64,000 nt of DNA from Pseudolysinimonas sp. GTDB lineage: Bacteria > Actinomycetota > Actinomycetes > Actinomycetales > Microbacteriaceae. The DNA is taken from contig JBHIXX010000007.1 in NCBI GenBank assembly GCA_041984585.1, positions 1,623 through 65,622 of the forward strand, read 5' to 3'. The translations under genes were made by a program, and so were the position numbers. Below, piece after piece: positions 39,403 through 48,242 of the stretch. Under the pieces are notes generated by a model. That model was not told the DNA's origin. It searched no databases and worked only from the letters and a program-made list of their open reading frames with translations. Position 1 is the first letter of the stretch; each line of letters begins with the position of its first letter.

Positions 39403-41043
39403 ATGACTTCCGGGCCGCTGATCGTGCAGAGCGACCGCACCGTGCTGCTCGAGGTGGCGCATCCCGAGGCCGAGGAGGCCCGGCACGAACTGGCCGTCTT
39501 CGCCGAGCTGGAGCGCGCACCCGAGCACGTGCACACCTACCGCATCACGCGGCTCGGGCTGTGGAACGCACGCGCGGCGGGGCACTCCGCGGAGCAGATG
39601 CTCGCCACCCTCGAGCGGTACGCGAAGTTCCCGGTGCCGCAGACCGTGGCCGTCGACATCGAGGAGACGGTGGGCCGCTACGGGCGACTGGTGATCGAGC
39701 GCGACGCCGAGGGCGAGCTGATCATCACCGCCACGGATGCCGCGGTGCTCGCCGAGATCACCCGCAGCTCCAAGGTCGGGCCGTTCCTCGGCATCCGCCG
39801 CTCGTCCACCGAGTGGACGCTGCAGCCGTGGGCGCGCGGGCAGGTCAAGCAGGAGCTGCTCAAGCTCGGCTGGCCGGCCGAGGACCACGCCGGCTACACC
39901 CCCGGCACCCCGCACGAGGTCGATCTCGTGGAGGACGGCTGGGCACTGCGCGACTACCAGCGCACCGCCGTGTCGAACTTCTTCGAGGGCGGCTCGGGCG
40001 TCGTGGTGCTCCCGTGCGGCGCGGGCAAGACGCTCGTCGGCGCAGGCGCCATCGCCGAGGCCGACGCGACCACGCTCATCCTGGTCACCAACACGGTGTC
40101 GGCGCGGCAGTGGAAGGCCGAGCTGCTGAAGCGCACCAGCCTCACCGAGGACGAGATCGGGGAATACTCGGGCCAGGTCAAGGAGATCAAGCCGATCACC
40201 ATCGCGACCTACCAGATCCTCGTCGCGAAGCGGAAGGGCGAGTACGCGCACCTGTCGCTGCTCGACGCCAACGACTGGGGGCTCATCGTCTACGACGAGG
40301 TGCACCTGCTGCCCGCCCCCGTGTTCAAGCTCACCGCCGACCTGCAGGCGCGGCGCCGCCTCGGCCTCACCGCCACACTGGTGCGCGAGGACGGCCGCGA
40401 GTCCGACGTGTTCTCGCTCATCGGGCCCAAGCGGTTCGACGCCCCGTGGAAGGAGATCGAGGCCCAGGGCTACATCTCCCCCGCCACCTGCTTCGAGGTG
40501 CGCGTCGACCTGCCCGCCGACGACCGGATGGAGTACGCGGCGAGCGCGGACGACGACCGCTACCGGCTGGCCGCGACGGCGCCCGCGAAGCTGCGGGTGG
40601 TGAAGGACCTCGTCGCCAAGCACCACGGCGAGCGCATCCTGGTGATCGGCCAGTATCTCGACCAGATCGAGGAGCTGAGCGCCGCGCTCGATGCGCCCAG
40701 CCTCACCGGCTCCACCCCGGTCGAGGAACGGGAGCGGCTCTACCAGGCGTTCCGCGACGGGACGCTGAAGGTGCTCGTGGTGTCGAAGGTCGCCAACTTC
40801 TCGGTCGACCTGCCCGAGGCGACCGTCGCCATCCAGGTCTCCGGATCGTTCGGCTCGCGCCAGGAGGAGGCCCAGCGCCTCGGCCGCCTGCTACGCCCGA
40901 AGGAGAGCGGCATCCCCGCCTCGTTCTACACGCTGGTGGCCCGCGACACGGTCGACCAGGACTTCGCGCAGAACCGGCAGCGCTTCCTCGCCGAGCAGGG
41001 GTACTCGTACACGATCCTCGATGCCAGCGCGCTGGCGGCGTAG
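39403..41043 (+). CDS. xpb: DNA repair helicase XPB (ERCC3 homolog)
   Basis: LRDYQRTAV, Walker A LPCGAGKT, DEVH box (IVYDEVHLLP), LGLTATLVRED, and helicase C motifs (VSKVANFSVDLPEATVAIQVSGSFGSRQEEAQRLGRLLR). ATG at 39403. Confidence 0.9.
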   Translation: MTSGPLIVQSDRTVLLEVAHPEAEEARHELAVFAELERAPEHVHTYRITRLGLWNARAAGHSAEQMLATLERYAKFPVPQTVAVDIEETVGRYGRLVIERDAEGELIITATDAAVLAEITRSSKVGPFLGIRRSSTEWTLQPWARGQVKQELLKLGWPAEDHAGYTPGTPHEVDLVEDGWALRDYQRTAVSNFFEGGSGVVVLPCGAGKTLVGAGAIAEADATTLILVTNTVSARQWKAELLKRTSLTEDEIGEYSGQVKEIKPITIATYQILVAKRKGEYAHLSLLDANDWGLIVYDEVHLLPAPVFKLTADLQARRRLGLTATLVREDGRESDVFSLIGPKRFDAPWKEIEAQGYISPATCFEVRVDLPADDRMEYAASADDDRYRLAATAPAKLRVVKDLVAKHHGERILVIGQYLDQIEELSAALDAPSLTGSTPVEERERLYQAFRDGTLKVLVVSKVANFSVDLPEATVAIQVSGSFGSRQEEAQRLGRLLRPKESGIPASFYTLVARDTVDQDFAQNRQRFLAEQGYSYTILDASALAA

Positions 41044-41109
41044 AGGCGCAGGTCCGGATCGGGCGACCCGCCGCCCGGGTTCAGGCCGCTTTCAGCGAAC
41101 GCGCAGACA

Positions 41110-41814
41110 ATGGGCGGCATGAGCGACGGCCCCCGCATCCTGATCGTCGACGACGAGCCCAACATCCGCGACCTGCTCACGACGAGTCTGCGCTTCGCCG
41201 GATTCGCGGTGCGCGCCGTCGGGAACGGCGCCCAGGCCATCTCGGCGGTGCTCGAGGAGGAGCCCGACCTCATCATCCTCGACGTCATGCTGCCCGACAT
41301 GAACGGGTTCGGCGTGACCAAGCGACTGCGGGCATCGGGCTACACCGCCCCCATCCTGTTCCTCACCGCGAAGGACGACACCGAGGACAAGATCACCGGC
41401 CTCACGGTCGGCGGCGACGACTACGTGACGAAGCCGTTCTCGCTCGACGAGATCGTCGCCCGCATCAAGGCCATCCTGCGCCGCACGATGCAGGAGGAGG
41501 ACGACGCGATCATCCGCGCCGGCGAGCTCACCATGGACCAGGACACCCACGAGGTGTCGGTCGGCGACGTGCCGGTCGAGCTCTCGCCCACCGAGTTCAA
41601 GCTGCTGCGCTACCTGATGCTCAACCCCAACCGGGTGCTCAGCAAGGCCCAGATCCTCGACCACGTCTGGGAGTACGACTTCAACGGCGATGCGGGGATC
41701 GTCGAGAGCTACATCTCCTACCTGCGCCGCAAGCTCGACAGCCACGCGAGCGAGCCGATGATCCAGACCAAGCGCGGCTTCGGCTACATGCTCAAGATCC
41801 CGGCGAAGGCCTGA
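41110..41814 (+). CDS. OmpR/PhoB-family response regulator
   Basis: ILIVDDEPNIRDLL...LIILDVMLPDMNG receiver domain plus a winged-helix C-terminus (LSPTEFKLLRYLM...RGFGYML). The start is 41110 or 41119. Confidence 0.9.
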   Translation: MGGMSDGPRILIVDDEPNIRDLLTTSLRFAGFAVRAVGNGAQAISAVLEEEPDLIILDVMLPDMNGFGVTKRLRASGYTAPILFLTAKDDTEDKITGLTVGGDDYVTKPFSLDEIVARIKAILRRTMQEEDDAIIRAGELTMDQDTHEVSVGDVPVELSPTEFKLLRYLMLNPNRVLSKAQILDHVWEYDFNGDAGIVESYISYLRRKLDSHASEPMIQTKRGFGYMLKIPAKA

Positions 41815-41845
41815 CCGGGCCCCGGACGTCGGGGAGCGTCGACAC

Positions 41846-43621
41846 GTGACCAACCGCGAGGTGGCCGGAGCCGTGCACGCACGGTTCGACCGCTGGTGGA
41901 ACGGGGTGTCGCTGCGCGCCAAGGTCACCGGCGTCGTCGTCGCGCTGCTCGCGTTCGGTCTCACCATCGCCGGGGCCGGCACGATCACCGTGCTCAACAG
42001 CTACCTGCTCGAACAGGTCGACTCGCAGATCGACGGCGCCCTGTCGACCATCGACCAGCCCTTCCAGATCGAGCAGGCCCGCCCCTACGGCGGCGGATCG
42101 GGCATCACCACCCCGTACTACATCGGCGCGATCTCGGCGGACGGCACGATCGTCGCCGACAACCTCGACGAGAGCTACGACGAGGTGCGGCCGGTGCTGG
42201 CCGACCTGACGCTGATCGAGGTCGCCAAGCTCGAGGGCCACCTCACGGTGACCAACGAGGCGGGCACCGCCCAGTGGCGCATCACCGCCGTGCCGTTCGG
42301 GGTGGGCGTCGGCACCGAGCAGGCGACCCTGGTCGTGGGGCGCAGCCTCGGCGACATGAACCGGATCATCGGCCGCTACACCGCGATCTTCCTCGCGTTC
42401 TCGCTCGGTGTGCTGCTGATGAGCGCCGCGGCGGCGCAGCTGCTCGTGACGAGCGCGTTCGCCCCGCTGCGCGACGTGGAGCGCACCGCGGCCCGCTTCG
42501 CCGCCGGCGACTACAGCCAGCGCCTCGGCGGAGCGACCCCGAACACCGAGGTCGGCCGCCTCAACCGCTCGCTCAACACGATGCTCGCCCGCATCGACCG
42601 GGCGTTCGCCGACCGCGACCGCAGCGTTGACCAGATGCGGCGCTTCGTCGGCGACGCCAGCCACGAGCTGCGCACGCCGCTGGTCTCGCTCCGCGGGTAC
42701 GCCGAGCTGTACCGGATGGGGGCCCTCTCCTCGAAGGAGGAGGTCGGCCAGGCGATGGACCGCATCGAGCGCGAGGCGATCCGGATGGGCACCCTCGTCG
42801 AGGACCTGCTCGAGCTGGCGCGCCTCGACGAGGTCGACCGCCCGCTCGAGCGCAAGCCGCTCGACCTGCTGCCGATCGCGCAGGACGCCGTGCTCGACGC
42901 GTCGGCATCCGCCCCGGAGCGCCGGATCACGCTGGTGCTGCCGGGGCCGGCGGATGCCGCGCAGGCGACGTCGGCGTCCGAGCCGACCGAGCCGGTCACC
43001 GTCGTCGACCCGGCCGACGACGACCACCCGGTCGGGGTTCGCGAGCGGGCCGCCCTCGCGCGCGCCGCACGGCGCCCGGGCGCCTCGGCGGGGGCGTTCT
43101 CGTTCGCCGGCACGCGGCTGGCCCGCCTGCGGCGGCGCCGTCCGGATGCCGCGTCGGCGACGGAGCGAGCGGAGACCTCGCCGCTCGGCCCGATCGTGCT
43201 GGCCGAAGAGGACAAGGTGCGGCAGGTGGTGACGAACCTGATGGGCAACGCCCTGCGGTTCACCCCGCCCGACACCCCGATCGAGGTGGTGGTCGAGGTC
43301 GACCGCGACCGCCGGTTCGGCGTCATCTCGGTCGTGGACCACGGCGACGGCATCCCGCCGCAGCTGCGGGAGAAGATCTTCCAGCGCCTGTGGCGCGCCG
43401 ACACCTCGCGCACCCGCGACACCGGCGGCAGCGGACTGGGGCTCGCCATCGTCGCCGGCATCGTGGCGGCCCACCAGGGTCACGTCGAGGTGCTGGAGAC
43501 CCCGGGCGGCGGCGCCACGTTCCGGGTCAGCCTGCCGCAGCCGCCCCTCCCCACCACGGAGACCGAGGCGTCCTCCCCAGCCCCGTCGCGGGGCGGACGG
43601 GGGCGCGCACCGCGTCGCTAG
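41846..43621 (+). CDS. sensor histidine kinase (HAMP-HisKA-HATPase) with a low-complexity insertion of about 80 aa
   Basis: The H box FVGDASHELRTPL, the N box VVTNLMGNALRF and the G boxes DHGDGIP and GGSGLGLAIV are all present. The insertion lies between RRITLVLPG and IVLAEEDKV. Confidence 0.9.
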   Translation: MTNREVAGAVHARFDRWWNGVSLRAKVTGVVVALLAFGLTIAGAGTITVLNSYLLEQVDSQIDGALSTIDQPFQIEQARPYGGGSGITTPYYIGAISADGTIVADNLDESYDEVRPVLADLTLIEVAKLEGHLTVTNEAGTAQWRITAVPFGVGVGTEQATLVVGRSLGDMNRIIGRYTAIFLAFSLGVLLMSAAAAQLLVTSAFAPLRDVERTAARFAAGDYSQRLGGATPNTEVGRLNRSLNTMLARIDRAFADRDRSVDQMRRFVGDASHELRTPLVSLRGYAELYRMGALSSKEEVGQAMDRIEREAIRMGTLVEDLLELARLDEVDRPLERKPLDLLPIAQDAVLDASASAPERRITLVLPGPADAAQATSASEPTEPVTVVDPADDDHPVGVRERAALARAARRPGASAGAFSFAGTRLARLRRRRPDAASATERAETSPLGPIVLAEEDKVRQVVTNLMGNALRFTPPDTPIEVVVEVDRDRRFGVISVVDHGDGIPPQLREKIFQRLWRADTSRTRDTGGSGLGLAIVAGIVAAHQGHVEVLETPGGGATFRVSLPQPPLPTTETEASSPAPSRGGRGRAPRR

Positions 43622-43631
43622 CGTCCGGGGC

Positions 43632-43922
43632 ATGACGCGCTACCAGGTTGACAGCGAGGCGGTCGCTGCGGCGACCACCGGGATCCAGGCGGCGATGGGC
43701 CGCATCCAGGCGGAGGTCGGCGGGCTCCGGTCACGCCTCACCGAACTGCAGGGCTCGTGGAACGGACCGGCCGCGGTCGCGTTCCAGGGCGTGGTCGCCG
43801 ACTGGACCGCGACCCAGGCCCGGGTCGAGGAGAGCCTCGCCCAGATCGGCACCGCGCTCGGCCAGGCGGGGCGGCAGTACGCCGAGATCGAGATGCAGAA
43901 CGCCCGGCTGTTCGGGCGCTGA
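43632..43922 (+). CDS. WXG100-family (ESAT-6-like) protein
   Basis: 96-aa helical hairpin protein with a central W-N-G (LQGSWNGPAAVAF) and a C-terminal Y-x3-E (RQYAEIE). Confidence 0.8.
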   Translation: MTRYQVDSEAVAAATTGIQAAMGRIQAEVGGLRSRLTELQGSWNGPAAVAFQGVVADWTATQARVEESLAQIGTALGQAGRQYAEIEMQNARLFGR

Positions 43923-43940
43923 GCCACCGGGAACGACGAA

Positions 43941-43970
43941 GCGGGCGGCCCCCCGAGGGGGACCGCCCGC
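43941..43970. terminator. bidirectional stem-loop between WXG100 and groEL
   Basis: GCGGGCGGCCCCCC-GA-GGGGGACCGCCCGC forms a stem of about 13 bp with one bulge, between convergent stops. Confidence 0.65.
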
Positions 43971-43992
43971 GTGTCGTCCGAAGACGGGACTC

Positions 43993-45855
<1,863 letters not shown>

Positions 45856-46059
45856 TCAGGCGACCGGGCGCACGCCCTCGGCCTGCGGGCCCTTGGAGCC
45901 GGTGCCGACCTCGAACTGGACCGCCTGGCCCTCCTCGAGGGTCTTGTAGCCGCTCATGTCGATCGCGGAGTAGTGGACGAACACGTCCTGCCCGTCCTCA
46001 GCGGTGATGAAGCCGAAGCCCTTCTCGGCGTTGAACCACTTCACGGTCCCGTTCGGCAT
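45856..46059 (-). CDS. cspA: cold shock protein
   Basis: [34 protein letters not shown] chose the ATG at 46059, which has AGGGAG 9 nt upstream. A long AT-richer leader lies upstream. Confidence 0.95.
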   Translation of the reverse strand: MPNGTVKWFNAEKGFGFITAEDGQDVFVHYSAIDMSGYKTLEEGQAVQFEVGTGSKGPQAEGVRPVA

Positions 46060-46223
46060 CCGTGCCACTCCCTGTCATGCCTGGTGTCCCGAATGGTAGC
46101 CAGCCGAACGGGCCCGATCGGCCCGGAAAGCCGCCCCGACGGGGCCGGGAGGGGAGATTCAACAGAGATTAAACATCCGCGTAACACAGTGGCCGCCGAG
46201 GCCCCGGGGAGACGCCGTCCGGG

Positions 46224-46793
46224 TCAGCCCGCGGGGACGTAGTCGGTGCCGAGGAGGATGGTCACCGGCGCGCCGAGGTACGCGTCCGAGAGCACGATCT
46301 CACCCGCGCCGAGCAGCTCCGCGAGGCCCAGCGCGATGCCCTCGTAATCGGTGGTGTGGTAGAAGATCGTCGTCGTCTCCTCGGTGCGGTTCGAGGCGTT
46401 CGCGCGGGCCGGGTCGGGCCAGTTCGCGGCCTCGATCTGGTCGCCCGCCGTGTTCTGCAGCCCCTGGGTCTCGGTGCCGTTGAGCACCGAGATGGTCAGG
46501 TCGAGGTCGGGGTCGACGGTCGAGGGGTCGGTGACCGGCTCGACGGTCTCGGTCGGCTCGGTCGTCGGCTCACCTGTGGTCTCGCCGGCGCCGAAGCTGG
46601 GCAGGTCGAACTGGAAGGTCGGGTCGTAGCGCGACAGCCCGTAGAGTCCGCCGGCGACGAGGATGCCGGTGGCCAGCGCCGCCCAGGCGAACGCGATCCA
46701 GCCGCGACCGCGCGGGGCGGGCGCACGGTGCGCGCCGACCCGGGTGAGGTCGTCGGGGGTCTCGTCGAAGCGATCGGGCGGGAAGGCGGCCAT
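46224..46793 (-). CDS. LytR_C-domain membrane-anchored protein
   Basis: N-terminal TM (WIAFAWAALATGILVAGGLYGL), a Thr/Pro/Glu linker, then ISVLNGTETQGLQNTAGDQI...TILLGTDY, typical of the LytR C-terminal domain. Confidence 0.75.
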   Translation of the reverse strand: MAAFPPDRFDETPDDLTRVGAHRAPAPRGRGWIAFAWAALATGILVAGGLYGLSRYDPTFQFDLPSFGAGETTGEPTTEPTETVEPVTDPSTVDPDLDLTISVLNGTETQGLQNTAGDQIEAANWPDPARANASNRTEETTTIFYHTTDYEGIALGLAELLGAGEIVLSDAYLGAPVTILLGTDYVPAG

Positions 46794-46799
46794 CCGGTC

Positions 46800-47153
46800 T
46801 CAGTCCTGGTGTCGGTGGGATGCGGTCGTGGGACCGGGTCGTGCGGTTCCGCGCGCCGCGCGGCGGTGGTCGCGGAGGCGCTGCAGCCGCCTCACCAGCA
46901 ACGGGTCGTGCCGGAGGGCGGGCGGCGAATCGAGCACCGCATAGAGCATTTGATAGTACCGAGCTGGGGAGACGCCGAACTCGGCCCGGATGGCGGCGTC
47001 GCGCGACCCCTGCGCCGACTCGCGGGCGCGCTCGAAGGCGAGCAGCCGGCGCGCCTGATCGCCGAGGCCCGCGGCATCCGCGGCCGAGCCGGCGGAGCGA
47101 TCCGCCCGGTCGGCGAGGTCGTGCTCCGGGACGTCGGGGGTGGTGGTCGTCAC
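46800..47153 (-). CDS. DUF3263-like protein
   Basis: LLAFERARESAQGSRDAAIRAEFGVSPARYYQMLYAVLDSPPALRHDPLLVRRLQRLRD. GTG at 47153 preceded by GGAGGAGGA. Confidence 0.7.
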   Translation of the reverse strand: MTTTTPDVPEHDLADRADRSAGSAADAAGLGDQARRLLAFERARESAQGSRDAAIRAEFGVSPARYYQMLYAVLDSPPALRHDPLLVRRLQRLRDHRRAARGTARPGPTTASHRHQD

Positions 47154-47175
47154 GTCGTCCTCCTCCGACCCGAGC

Positions 47176-48207
47176 CTAGGCGGCACCACCGGCGCCACCC
47201 GGATGCCCCGACCCGGAGAGCCACGACATCCGGTCGCCGTGCGGGGCGACGTCGGCGATCGGCTCCTCGTCGAGTGAGAGCACGAAGCCGGTGGGGTCGG
47301 GGCAGTCGAGCCGGGCGCGGCGCTCCGCCACCCGCGGCAGCACCCCGCGACCCTCGAGCGCGACCAGCCGCGCCCCGCGGGCGCGCACCGCGTCGGGGAA
47401 CGCGGCGCGCGCCTCCGGGGCGAGGTAGACGAGGGTGCCGAGCGACGCGACCACGAGCTCGGCGTCGGCGGGGGCGCCTGCCAGCGCCGCATCGAGCCCG
47501 GCGAGGGCGTCGCCGCCCACCACCTCCGGCGGATCGCTCCGCGCGGTGGCGAGCGCCGCGCGGAGCCGGGCGCGGCGATCGGGCCGGTCGGCCGGGATGA
47601 GCGCCTCGAGCCAGGCGGCGTCGGTCTCGGGGTGCAGCGGGTCGAGGTCGAGGCCGCGGCGCCACACGATGTCCGGGAGCCGCCGGGGCGCGGCGCCGAC
47701 CCCGCTCACGACGCACTCGACGAGCGGATCGCCGTCGCCCAGGTCGACGGCAGCCCTGTCACCGCCCGGCGCGACGCCCTCCGCTGCCGCGGCGGAGAAC
47801 CGGTAGCGGTAGCGGTCGGGCAGCAGACAGAGTCCCGCCGACGCGCCCACCTCGAGCAGCGCGATCGGCCCGGCGATGCGCGCCAGCGCGGCGACCAGAG
47901 GCGCGCACCTCCCCACCTCGTTGGTCTGGGTGCGGCGGCGCGACGCCTCGTCGACCAGCCGATCGGCGTGGGCGAGCAGCCACTCGCGGAACGCCGGATA
48001 GCCGCCGATCGGCGCGCCGAGCAGGGTCGCGACCGAGAACACGAGCGACGGCTGCCGACGCTCGCGCGGCAGCCGGTCGAGCACGGCGAGCACCTCCGGG
48101 TCGTCGCGGACCCCGGTCGCCCAGGCGACGTGCAGCGCGCTGTGACCCGCCAGGTCGCGCGTCGCCCGGTCGTACCAGTCGGCGGTCGCGCTGCCGTCGG
48201 ATGCCAT
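47176..48207 (-). CDS. DUF2332-like protein
   Basis: ADWYDRATRDLAGHSALHVAW...TQTNEVGRCAPL...LLEVGASAGLCLLPDRYRY. The ATG at 48207 lies inside the 382-aa ORF. Confidence 0.6.
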   Translation of the reverse strand: MASDGSATADWYDRATRDLAGHSALHVAWATGVRDDPEVLAVLDRLPRERRQPSLVFSVATLLGAPIGGYPAFREWLLAHADRLVDEASRRRTQTNEVGRCAPLVAALARIAGPIALLEVGASAGLCLLPDRYRYRFSAAAAEGVAPGGDRAAVDLGDGDPLVECVVSGVGAAPRRLPDIVWRRGLDLDPLHPETDAAWLEALIPADRPDRRARLRAALATARSDPPEVVGGDALAGLDAALAGAPADAELVVASLGTLVYLAPEARAAFPDAVRARGARLVALEGRGVLPRVAERRARLDCPDPTGFVLSLDEEPIADVAPHGDRMSWLSGSGHPGGAGGAA

Positions 48208-48242
48208 GCGGGCATCCTCGCAGCGCGACCGCCGATCCGAGC

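Noticed and set aside
38368-41043. The 891-aa ORF treated as an N-terminally extended XPB.
   Set aside because: The extension overlaps the real 612-aa upstream gene in another frame and is Arg/Pro-rich. The ATG at 39403 gives the canonical XPB N-terminus.
43632-43922. The WXG100 gene considered as a marker of an ESX/type VII secretion locus.
   Set aside because: The flanking 20 kb has no EccC/EssC, EccB/D, mycosin or second WXG100 gene. Only the orphan substrate-like gene can be claimed.
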